Notes under the pieces: generated by a model | What the model was told of the DNA's origin: nothing | Seen by the model: the letters and a program-made list of their open reading frames with translations, nothing else | The model's database searches: none | Position numbers and translations under genes: made by a program | DNA from: a virus | Taxonomy: Duplodnaviria; Caudoviricetes | Virus record (IMG/VR): IMGVR_UViG_3300012952_000113 | Span: 1-26,355 of that record | Direction: 5' to 3' (one strand) | DNA length: 26,355 bases | Shown: in pieces, positions 8,829 to 16,887 of the stretch | Layout of the letters: the number at the start of each line of letters is the position of its first letter | How positions within the stretch are numbered: position 1 is the stretch's first letter

Positions 8829-8837
8829 ACTAATTAT
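8829..8837 (+). promoter_or_regulatory. Putative late promoter motif ACTAATTAT
   Basis: Intergenic, about 33 nt before the 8870 start. Confidence 0.5.
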
Positions 8838-8869
8838 TAACAAGATTTAGTCTTAAAGGAACTCATACA

Positions 8870-9433
8870 ATGGCAGATTCAAAAACCCTCGAAATCATCC
8901 GCGGAATCTCACAAGCTGCAGCAAACGCTCATGACGGAGCGCACGACGAGAGATATTCTTATGATGGCGAAGAGAGAAAAGTTGGTCTCAAAAGAGAAGA
9001 GGGAGACATCATTCTTGATAGTCGGAGTTTCGATGGTTTTCGTATAAAATTCCACGGACCTCTACTCTGTGTCCACTATCATGGCGAAATTAAAATTAAA
9101 GATTTGCACAACAGCAAGTTTGAATCGGAAATTGAGAGTATGATAGCTGATATAGTGAAGTACCTCAAAAAAGAATACAAAAAAGTCACAGGCAACGCGC
9201 TCACGCTATCCAAAGAAGGAGAAATCGATATAGATGTTCAGAGTACCTCTAGGGTTAGAGCTTGGGTTCAGGCACACTGTTATTACAAGATTGGAGGCTT
9301 GTCCGATGTCGAAGAAGTAGGGCAAGGCTCTGAAGATCGCATCGATGATGCAATTAAAAAGTTCTTAGCAATCGGCAAAGAACAATATCCGGGTACAAAA
9401 AAATCTAAAAACATAACAAGGAGCAAAGAGTAA
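8870..9433 (+). CDS. Hypothetical phage protein
   Basis: AAGGA SD; 187-aa ORF in the head/packaging region. Confidence 0.8.
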   Translation: MADSKTLEIIRGISQAAANAHDGAHDERYSYDGEERKVGLKREEGDIILDSRSFDGFRIKFHGPLLCVHYHGEIKIKDLHNSKFESEIESMIADIVKYLKKEYKKVTGNALTLSKEGEIDIDVQSTSRVRAWVQAHCYYKIGGLSDVEEVGQGSEDRIDDAIKKFLAIGKEQYPGTKKSKNITRSKE

Positions 9434-9434
9434 T

Positions 9435-9623
9435 ATGATACTTGATAGACTACAAGAAATTCTAAGCGAACTGTCTTTAGCCGTTAGAGATGCTGAAAAA
9501 TTTGACAATGGAAACGCATCCGCTGGACGCCGCGTGCGTAAATCTGCGATGCAAGCCATCAAAGAACTTAAAGACTTGCGCTCAGATGTAATGGGCGAAC
9601 TGCACGACCGCAAAGGCGACTAA
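9435..9623 (+). CDS. Histone H1-like (Hc1-family N-terminal domain-like) small helical protein
   Basis: DAEKFDNGNASAGRRVRKSAMQAIKELKDLR matches the D-x-x-K-F-x-x-G-N-x-(A/S)-A-G-x-R-x-R-K pattern of bacterial Hc1/'histone H1' proteins. Confidence 0.7.
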   Translation: MILDRLQEILSELSLAVRDAEKFDNGNASAGRRVRKSAMQAIKELKDLRSDVMGELHDRKGD

Positions 9624-9641
9624 TAAATAGGCAAGAATATT

Positions 9642-11228
9642 ATGTCATACCAGCTTTCAAAAAATGAAATTTTGAAAGAGATCGTTAAGTGCGGGAAAGA
9701 CCCAGTTTATTTTTTAAATAACTACGCAAAAATTTCACATCCTCAAAAAGGTTTAATAGCGTTTCGTACATACGACTATCAGACCACGCTGTTACAGGAT
9801 TTCAACGCGCATCGATTCAATGTTATCCTTAAAGCGCGCCAGCTTGGCATTTCCACAATTACAGCAGGATATATAGCTTGGCTGATGATGTTTCACCGCG
9901 ACAAGAATATATTAGTTGTTGCAACAAAGTTTGGCACTGCATCAAACTTAGTAAAAAAAGTAAAATCCATTATCAAAAGAGTACCAGAATGGGTCCAGAT
10001 AACAGAAATCGCAATAGACAACAGGACCTCGTTCGAACTTTCCAACGGTTCTCAGATTAAAGCCTCTTCCACTTCCGGCGATGCCGGCCGTTCAGAGGCT
10101 TTGTCTCTGTTGGTTATCGATGAGGCAGCTCATGTCGAAGGTCTTGAAGAACTGTGGGCCGGCCTTTATCCAACTCTCTCTACTGGCGGCCGCTGTATTG
10201 CGCTTTCAACACCAAATGGTGTTGGAAACTGGTTCCACAAAATATATACAGAGGCGGAATTGCAAGAAAATGTATTTAATCCGATTAACTTACCTTGGGA
10301 TGTACATCCGGACCGCGATAGAGACTGGTTCACACGCGAAACAAAAAACATGTCAAGGAGAGAAATCGCGCAAGAGCTTGAATGTAACTTCAATACTTCC
10401 GGCGAAACTGTAATACACCCAGACGATGTTGCTTGGTTAAGTACTTTGGTAAAGGACCCTGAATATAGAACGGGGTTTGATCGGAATTTTTGGATTTGGG
10501 AGAAATACGACCCGGCTAATACATATGTGCTCGTTGCGGATGTGGCCCGCGGCGACGGAGCAGATAATTCCACATTTCATATCATAAAGTCTGACACAAT
10601 GGAGATTATTGCTGAATATCAAGGGAAGCCGAGTCTAGATCAATATGCCGGCATACTATATCGTGCAGGAGCAGAATATGGCGATTGCCTTTTAGTCGTG
10701 GAAAATGTAGGCGTAGGTATATCAGTATTGGAAAAGCTGATCGATATGGAATATCCAAATCTTTATTATTCGATCAAGGGTACACACGAATTTGTGGAAC
10801 AATATCAAGCAGAGGCAATGTCCAATTCTGTCCCCGGATTCACGACTTCTACCAAGACTAGGCCAATTATTGTGGCTAAGCTTGAGGAATTCATCAGAAA
10901 TAAACTAATTACTATATATTCTCAGAGGACATTTAAGGAGATAACTACATTTATTTGGTATAATGGCAAGCCACAAGCTATGCGCGGATACAATGATGAT
11001 TTGATTATGGCCATGGCGATAGGTTGTTGGGTTAGAGATACAGCTTTACAAGTTAACAAAAGAGAAGTACAATACAAGAAAGCAATGTTAAATTCTGTGT
11101 ATGTCGCAAACACCAGCATAAATACATCAGTCAAGGGCATGCAGGGATACAAGAGAGAAGAAGATATGGATAGACATGATAAGGCTAAAAAAGATCATGA
11201 AGAATATAAGTGGTTATATAAGGGTTAA
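9642..11228 (+). CDS. Terminase large subunit (T4 gp17-like)
   Basis: Walker A LKARQLGIST, Walker B LVIDEAAH, coupling motif STPNG, nuclease acidic motifs ADVARGDG and NDDLIMA. Confidence 0.95.
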   Translation: MSYQLSKNEILKEIVKCGKDPVYFLNNYAKISHPQKGLIAFRTYDYQTTLLQDFNAHRFNVILKARQLGISTITAGYIAWLMMFHRDKNILVVATKFGTASNLVKKVKSIIKRVPEWVQITEIAIDNRTSFELSNGSQIKASSTSGDAGRSEALSLLVIDEAAHVEGLEELWAGLYPTLSTGGRCIALSTPNGVGNWFHKIYTEAELQENVFNPINLPWDVHPDRDRDWFTRETKNMSRREIAQELECNFNTSGETVIHPDDVAWLSTLVKDPEYRTGFDRNFWIWEKYDPANTYVLVADVARGDGADNSTFHIIKSDTMEIIAEYQGKPSLDQYAGILYRAGAEYGDCLLVVENVGVGISVLEKLIDMEYPNLYYSIKGTHEFVEQYQAEAMSNSVPGFTTSTKTRPIIVAKLEEFIRNKLITIYSQRTFKEITTFIWYNGKPQAMRGYNDDLIMAMAIGCWVRDTALQVNKREVQYKKAMLNSVYVANTSINTSVKGMQGYKREEDMDRHDKAKKDHEEYKWLYKG

Positions 11229-11230
11229 AA

Positions 11231-13264
11231 ATGGCAAGAAAGAAATCAGTTAAAAATCGCAGGAACAATAACCCCAGAAATCAAGAGTCGGAGCTTTTTA
11301 AAAGGCTAACTAGGCTTTTTTCTGGACCAATTGTCAATTACAGAACCCAAAACATCCGCCGGTACCGCCGCAGACATTTAGATAAATTTAAATTTAAATC
11401 TGCTAGTGGAAAACAGTTTAAAAGATCTGACAGCAACCCATTCGCCGCACTAGAAGCGGACATGATGGCGAACCAAAATCGCCAACACAGATATTCAGAC
11501 TTTGACCAAATGGAATACACTCCAGAAATTGCATCTGCTATGGATATTTATGCAGACGAGATGACGACCTCCAGCGCACTTAAGCCGATGATATCAATCA
11601 AGTGCCCAAACGAAGAAATAAAGGTTATTCTCTACAATTTATATAATAATATTATTAATATCGAGCATAATTTATTCGGCTGGTGTCGGACTATGTGCAA
11701 GTATGGTGACTTTTTTGTATATTTGGATATCGAAGAGGGGTTGGGAATCAAGTCCTGCGTTGGCCTTCCTCCAAATGAAGTGGAGCGTTTAGACGGCGAA
11801 GACGAGACAAACCCCAACTATGTACAGTTTCAATGGAACTCTGGAGGCCTTACATTCGAGAACTGGCAAATTGCGCATTTTCGCATTTTAGGAAACGACA
11901 AGTATGCCCCATATGGAACTTCTATTTTGGAAGCTGCTCGCCGTATTTGGCGCCAGCTTACAATGCTGGAAGACGCCGTGATGGCTTATCGTATTGTTAG
12001 ATCGCCGGAGCGTAGAGTGTTTTATGTAGATGTGGGCGGAATTCCACCAGAAGACATTGAACAACATATGCAAAAAATCATGACTCAGATGAAGCGAAAC
12101 CAAATTATTGATCCTGAGACTGGACGGGTTGATTTGAGGTATAATCCGATGAGCGTGGAAGAAGATTATTTTGTGCCCGTGCGCGGGGGAGCGTCGACTA
12201 AAATTGAAACACTATCAGGAGGCTCATACACGGGCGACATCGACGACATCAAATATCTTAGAGACAAGCTGTTCTCTGCCCTTAAAATCCCAGCCTCCTA
12301 CCTGTCAAGCATGTCTGAAGAGGGAGGAGGAGACGACAAAACAACTTTGGCTCAAAAGGATATAAGATTTGCCAGAACAATCCAGCGACTTCAGAGAGTG
12401 ATCGTTAGCGAAATAGAGAAAATTGGTATAATTCACCTTTATACTCTGGGTTATCGTGGAGATGATTTACTAAGCTTTAAAATCTTACTAAATAATCCGT
12501 CAAAAATGGCAGAATTACAAGAATTAGAGCACTGGAAGGCGAAATTTGATGTTGCTAGCGGCGCCACAGAAGGCTTCTTTAGTCGCCGCTGGATTGCGCA
12601 GCACTTATTTAGCATGGACGATGAAGACTTTCTGCGTAATCAAAGAGAAATGTTTTACGATCGCAAATTTGAAGCAATGCTTGAAGTCGAGGCCGAGTCG
12701 GTGATCCAAGCCGGCTCGATCGAAGCGGAAGCCGATGCTTTGGACATAGCAGAAGATGAAGGCCTGCTCGATGGAGGTCCGCCGATGGACGGCCCAGAAG
12801 ACGAGATTCCAGAAGAAGGTCTGCCGCCAGAGGATGCTCCTCCTGCCGCGGCCGAAGACGAAGACTCGGCGCTTTTAGCAGAACCCGGCAAGCGAGACGA
12901 CGAGTATTGGGTTAAACATAGGTTCCCCGGCCCGGCTAATCGAGATGTGCACGCATATCATGGGGATCATGGGTGGTCCTATTATCAACCTGCAAAGCGA
13001 GATGGCAGGGAAGATACCCGAGGCCAGAACTACCGCGCTCAGATGGGCATGCCAGACGGTTCTTTTGGTGCATCCCAGAGGGCCACCTACCCCGGAAAAA
13101 GAGGCGTCGACGGACTTGATAGTATAGTGAAAAGTCTATACGAAACGGAAGACACTATTTATGATGACGAAGAAAGTAGCTTATTTAGCATCAATAATGA
13201 CACTAGGACATTATTAGAATCATTAGAGAGATCGGAGAATAAAATTAATGAAGACGAAGCATAA
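11231..13264 (+). CDS. Portal protein (T4 gp20-like) with long acidic C-terminal extension
   Basis: LEDAVMAYRIVRSPERRVFYVDVG, EEDYFVPVRGG and DDIKYLRDKLFSALKIPASYL are gp20 hallmarks; immediately follows the terminase. Confidence 0.95.
   Translation: MARKKSVKNRRNNNPRNQESELFKRLTRLFSGPIVNYRTQNIRRYRRRHLDKFKFKSASGKQFKRSDSNPFAALEADMMANQNRQHRYSDFDQMEYTPEIASAMDIYADEMTTSSALKPMISIKCPNEEIKVILYNLYNNIINIEHNLFGWCRTMCKYGDFFVYLDIEEGLGIKSCVGLPPNEVERLDGEDETNPNYVQFQWNSGGLTFENWQIAHFRILGNDKYAPYGTSILEAARRIWRQLTMLEDAVMAYRIVRSPERRVFYVDVGGIPPEDIEQHMQKIMTQMKRNQIIDPETGRVDLRYNPMSVEEDYFVPVRGGASTKIETLSGGSYTGDIDDIKYLRDKLFSALKIPASYLSSMSEEGGGDDKTTLAQKDIRFARTIQRLQRVIVSEIEKIGIIHLYTLGYRGDDLLSFKILLNNPSKMAELQELEHWKAKFDVASGATEGFFSRRWIAQHLFSMDDEDFLRNQREMFYDRKFEAMLEVEAESVIQAGSIEAEADALDIAEDEGLLDGGPPMDGPEDEIPEEGLPPEDAPPAAAEDEDSALLAEPGKRDDEYWVKHRFPGPANRDVHAYHGDHGWSYYQPAKRDGREDTRGQNYRAQMGMPDGSFGASQRATYPGKRGVDGLDSIVKSLYETEDTIYDDEESSLFSINNDTRTLLESLERSENKINEDEA
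13154..13162 (+). promoter_or_regulatory. Putative late promoter motif ACTATTTAT (inside portal 3' end)
   Basis: Exact copy of the motif about 90 nt before the 13248 start. Confidence 0.4.
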
Positions 13265-14075
13265 TAAAAAAAGAAATACCGCTTTTTTGTACGAAACATT
13301 GATGGTCGAGTTGACAAAATCAACATTGTCAGAAAACAACGAGACCAAAGAAACGATTATAGAGATTTTGTCAACACACTTTCGGAACGAATCGGTGTTG
13401 AGTCAGGATTTAAACATGTATCGTTCTCTATATGAGACACAGGGCGTAGATCCGCGAACAGCAGAAAAGTTGATTGCAGAAGTTAGATACTCTAGAGACC
13501 GAAATATCGACAACAAAGAGCTTTTTAACGAACAAACTGCTCTTATCAACATGATCAATAAGAGATTGACAAAACAGGTGTACAGCAATTTTGTTCCCGG
13601 ATATAAAACTATGGCTACAATATCTCAGCTATTCAACCAGAACATTATGCCAAAACACAGAGTGTTGCTCGAAAAGGAATTGATGGAATTTTTGACCCAA
13701 GAAGAAACCAAAGAAAACAACAAAAAGTTGATGCAAATTGATAATCTGGTATATAAAACTTTCGCAACCAAATTTAACGAAAAGTATGGAGATTCTCTTC
13801 TTAGCGAACAAAAAGATCTATTAAGCAAGTATATTATGTCGTTTGAAGATAACGGAGTGTCGCTAAAAATGACAATAGCTGATGAATTAAACAGAATCGG
13901 CGCCCAACTCCGTGAAGTTTATGAAAATACAGAAATATTGTCAGATGAAGATATGGTTCTGGCGACGAAAAAGGTTGAAAAAATGGCTGAAAAGTTTAAA
14001 TCGGAACCAGTTAACGAATCTATGCTTAAAAATATCTTAAAAATGCAAAAACTAATTCACGAGATTCGAGAGTAA
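13248..14075 (+). CDS. Hypothetical helical head-module protein (possible prohead core component)
   Basis: GGAG SD; lies between portal and protease, where T4 has core genes 67/68. Function is positional inference only. Confidence 0.75.
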   Translation: MKTKHNKKRNTAFLYETLMVELTKSTLSENNETKETIIEILSTHFRNESVLSQDLNMYRSLYETQGVDPRTAEKLIAEVRYSRDRNIDNKELFNEQTALINMINKRLTKQVYSNFVPGYKTMATISQLFNQNIMPKHRVLLEKELMEFLTQEETKENNKKLMQIDNLVYKTFATKFNEKYGDSLLSEQKDLLSKYIMSFEDNGVSLKMTIADELNRIGAQLREVYENTEILSDEDMVLATKKVEKMAEKFKSEPVNESMLKNILKMQKLIHEIRE

Positions 14076-14644
14076 TGTCAATAGAAGTGTCAATAACAGA
14101 TCCGCAAACGGACGATGATCAGAAGCGTACCGAACCGGGCGAAACGCAGCTTAGTGTTAAGCTTAATATGCGAAAAGGCTCAGACGGCTCTGTTATGATA
14201 TTCGATCATGAAGACATTGACATCATAATACTTCCAGAAAAGTCAAAAATTGTCGCACTACCCAAGGACTTGATAACAGACGAGACTTACGAAACACAAA
14301 ATCAGCTCTTTAAGCATTTAGCAAAGAAGGGCGTTATTGAATATGATAGTATCAAAGGCGCCTCGGTATATGGAGCTTTTGAAGCGACAATACAAAAGTC
14401 TGTATTTGAAGGAGCGAATCCGATACAGTTAACTATATTGCAAATTGCTAAGTTTATTGAAGATGAGCGGCCGTATTTTGAAGCGGAAAAGGCTTATTTT
14501 GACAGAGAAGAGAAAAAGCTACTAGATCCAGACACGGACGACTCTACGGATCTTGGAGAAGTCCCACACGAAGAGACAAAAGGCTCTCTCCGCCCGGGAT
14601 GGATTCGAGGGCCATACGGTATTTACGATATGTATCGGGTGTAA
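14075..14644 (+). CDS. Hypothetical phage protein
   Basis: TAATG coupling with the upstream stop; 189 aa. Confidence 0.8.
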   Translation: MSIEVSITDPQTDDDQKRTEPGETQLSVKLNMRKGSDGSVMIFDHEDIDIIILPEKSKIVALPKDLITDETYETQNQLFKHLAKKGVIEYDSIKGASVYGAFEATIQKSVFEGANPIQLTILQIAKFIEDERPYFEAEKAYFDREEKKLLDPDTDDSTDLGEVPHEETKGSLRPGWIRGPYGIYDMYRV

Positions 14645-14646
14645 GA

Positions 14647-14982
14647 TTGAGTTTATTATTTTTTGTTCTAGCGGCTTACGGCCTAACTCAGATATTAGTC
14701 TATGGTTCGATATTCGACTCCGTAAGGCCCACTAAAGGAAAATTAGGAGAATTATTTCATTGCCCCATGTGCATAGGCTTCTGGGTCGGGGCATTTTTGT
14801 TTGGAATAAACAAATACACAGAACTATTTACATTTGAATACACAATTGCCAATTTATTCATCTTAGGGTGGCTATCATCAGGAACTTCTTATATATTTAA
14901 CATGGTTTTTGGCGACTGCGGCATAAAGATACAATTTAACGAAACAAGGAGTGGACATAATGAAGACCAACATTTGGACTAA
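14647..14982 (+). CDS. Multi-TM membrane protein with CPMC motif (DUF1360-like)
   Basis: GELFHCPMCIGFWVG flanked by three hydrophobic segments. TTG at 14647, just after the upstream stop, is preferred to the overlapping ATG at 14599. Confidence 0.7.
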   Translation: MSLLFFVLAAYGLTQILVYGSIFDSVRPTKGKLGELFHCPMCIGFWVGAFLFGINKYTELFTFEYTIANLFILGWLSSGTSYIFNMVFGDCGIKIQFNETRSGHNEDQHLD

Positions 14983-15028
14983 CAAGTGGCATTTGCAACC
15001 TGTCCGGCGCTGCTGCAAAGGATCTTAG
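14960..15028 (+). CDS. Unannotated 22-aa peptide MKTNIWTNKWHLQPVRRCCKGS
   Basis: AAGGAG SD at 14946-14951, 8 nt before ATG 14960; TAG at 15026-15028; fills the gap before the protease gene. Confidence 0.55.
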   Translation: MKTNIWTNKWHLQPVRRCCKGS

Positions 15029-15031
15029 CTC

Positions 15032-15050
15032 GCGCGGGTAGCGCCCGCAC
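15032..15050 (+). other. GC-rich hairpin between peptide stop codon and protease SD
   Basis: gcgcggg-tagcg-cccgcac (core GCGGG/CCCGC). No U-tract follows; AAGGA SD is immediately downstream. Confidence 0.5.
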
Positions 15051-15066
15051 ATAAGGAATATTTATC

Positions 15067-15687
15067 ATGGGTAAAAAACTATTAAGAGAATTTTATGAAC
15101 TTTGTGAGGGAGGAATGTGCCCAGACATCTTAACAGAGTCTGAAAAGAAGTTTGTTGCTTCTGGCGGCATTATTTTGTCTGGGAAATTGCAAGAAGCTGA
15201 AGCTAAGAACGGCAATGGACGAGTTTATCCCAAAAAAATATTAGAGAGGGAGATGAAAAATTACGAGAAGCTGATCAAAGAGAAGAGAGCACTCGGCGAA
15301 TTAGATCATCCGGACGATTCTGTTATAAACCTTAGAAATTGCTCACACTTAGTAACAGAAGTATGGTGGGATAAGGATAATTCAAATGCAGTTCACGGTA
15401 AGATTCAATGTTTGGATACTCCTTCTGGAAAGATTTTACAAGAACTTGTACGCGCCGGCGTAAAGCTGGGAATATCCTCAAGAGGCCTAGGCTCTGTAAC
15501 GGAAAGTCGTGGAGACACTATAGTCGAGGACGATTTCCAACTAATCTGTTTCGATATGGTTTCAGAACCTTCTACGAACGACGCTTTCATGTTACAAGAG
15601 AGTAAAAATAACGATAACAACAACTTAACCAAATCGGATCGCGTGTGGCGCACTTTAAATGAAATTTTAAAAACGGATGAAGAATGA
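15067..15687 (+). CDS. Prohead core protease (T4 gp21-like)
   Basis: NGNGRVYP, GELDHP (His), GISSRGLGS (Ser) and FDMVSEPST (Asp). Confidence 0.95.
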   Translation: MGKKLLREFYELCEGGMCPDILTESEKKFVASGGIILSGKLQEAEAKNGNGRVYPKKILEREMKNYEKLIKEKRALGELDHPDDSVINLRNCSHLVTEVWWDKDNSNAVHGKIQCLDTPSGKILQELVRAGVKLGISSRGLGSVTESRGDTIVEDDFQLICFDMVSEPSTNDAFMLQESKNNDNNNLTKSDRVWRTLNEILKTDEE

Positions 15688-16133
15688 ACAAAAACGAATT
15701 AAAAAATACGCTAAAGCCTTTAATAAAGGAGTGCATAAAAGAAGTGATTCTAGAAGAGGGAATCCTTTCGGGAATTGTTTCTGAAGTACTGCGCGGCGCC
15801 CAGGCTGCAGGTGCAGGCACAATTGTAGAGTCTCGCCAAGCTTCACCTCAAAATGCAGAGACACAAAGGGTTCAAGAGTTTAGAGAACGCGAACAGGCAG
15901 AGAAAGAGCGCAAGAGGAAAATACTAGACTCTAGAGAGAAGATGTCAAAAGCTATCGGCAGAGGAGCCTTTAATGGCACAGATCTGTTCGAAGGCACAGA
16001 GCCTCTATCGAGCGGCGGCAGTCCGGCAGCATCGCCGTCGTCACCCGGAGCACTTGCAGGTGTAGCCCCCAATGATCCGGGAGTAGACATCTCAACGCTA
16101 TTTGGATCTAAAAGCTGGGGTAAAATGGTGTAA
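15684..16133 (+). CDS. Hypothetical protein with N-terminal ELKNTLKPLIKECIKEVILEE motif
   Basis: ATGA overlap with the protease gene; motif related to those at 754 and 6361. Confidence 0.8.
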   Translation: MNKNELKNTLKPLIKECIKEVILEEGILSGIVSEVLRGAQAAGAGTIVESRQASPQNAETQRVQEFREREQAEKERKRKILDSREKMSKAIGRGAFNGTDLFEGTEPLSSGGSPAASPSSPGALAGVAPNDPGVDISTLFGSKSWGKMV

Positions 16134-16135
16134 TT

Positions 16136-16381
16136 ATGGCAAGAAGTACAAACATGACTGTAAAGCCGAGAGGCAGAAAAGACACGCCCGAACGAATGAT
16201 TCGGCGCTTTATCAAAAAGGTTAAAAAAGCTGGGATCATCGACGAAGCCAGAAATCGTAGATATTACGAAAAGCCCTCTGTTAAACGCCGTCGTAAACAG
16301 AGTGCAAGAAAAAGAGCTATCGAGCGCGCCATAGCAAAAGAAAAAGCAAAAAAGCAGACTAATTACAGAAGCAATCGTTAA
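16136..16381 (+). CDS. rpsU: Phage-encoded 30S ribosomal protein bS21
   Basis: ERMIRRFIKKVKKAGIIDEARNRRYYEKPSVKRRRK matches the bS21 pattern (RRF-x-K...G...E...YEKPS-x-KR); highly basic, 81 aa. Confidence 0.9.
   Translation: MARSTNMTVKPRGRKDTPERMIRRFIKKVKKAGIIDEARNRRYYEKPSVKRRRKQSARKRAIERAIAKEKAKKQTNYRSNR
16358..16365 (+). promoter_or_regulatory. Putative late promoter motif ACTAATTA (in bS21 3' end)
   Basis: About 28 nt before the 16393 start. Confidence 0.45.
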
Positions 16382-16392
16382 AGGAGCAAATA

Positions 16393-16872
16393 ATGAGAGA
16401 TCATCACACACATTTACAAAAAGGACATGCAACCTCCGGAGGCCGAACAAGACATGTTGTCAACTTAGTCAAGCCGGGCACAGAGGGCACCGCTGCGATT
16501 ACAATTGAGAACGGTGATACCTCTGCAGACTCAGCACCTTCGGCAGCAACCGACGGATATGTCAACTTTGGACTCAACAAGACCTTACATATTGTGCTCG
16601 ACAATGATGATACTACCAGAACTCACACCTTTGTGCTCTGGGGCTATCACTCATTTTCGAAGAAATGGGCAAAGCTGAGCGTTCTTAATCAAGCCGGCGG
16701 AACAGACGGAGTATACACAAACCTCGCTGCGCTTTCTTGCGCCACTGGAGAATCTCAATATGTTCTGCTGCCTATTGAAGGCATCGAGCGCATCTATGTC
16801 CAAAGAACAGATACGCTGAATCCAGCCGCCAGCAAGACCATGACAGTCTACTTGGGCGTGAACACAATATAA
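16393..16872 (+). CDS. Hypothetical beta-rich, probably structural protein
   Basis: AAGGAG SD; Thr/Gly/Ala-rich; directly upstream of the fibre genes. Confidence 0.75.
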   Translation: MRDHHTHLQKGHATSGGRTRHVVNLVKPGTEGTAAITIENGDTSADSAPSAATDGYVNFGLNKTLHIVLDNDDTTRTHTFVLWGYHSFSKKWAKLSVLNQAGGTDGVYTNLAALSCATGESQYVLLPIEGIERIYVQRTDTLNPAASKTMTVYLGVNTI

Positions 16873-16887
16873 AGAGGAGTTTAGGCT

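Noticed and set aside
9642-13264. Inteins or introns in terminase or portal
   Set aside because: The frames are continuous, the conserved motifs are normally spaced, and no intein splice-junction or homing endonuclease motifs were seen.
15026-15050. Stop-codon recoding (Sec/Pyl) or readthrough of the peptide into the protease
   Set aside because: The stop is TAG, not TGA. Readthrough is out of frame with the protease and ends shortly at a TAA. TAG serves as a normal stop elsewhere (744, 1278, 24481) and long genes are uninterrupted, so there is no sign of an alternative code.
16136-16381. bS21 as evidence that this is bacterial chromosome or a misassembly
   Set aside because: It is tightly packed among phage head genes, lacks the usual bacterial rpsU neighbours (e.g. 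dnaG, rpoD), and contains the phage late motif in its 3' end.
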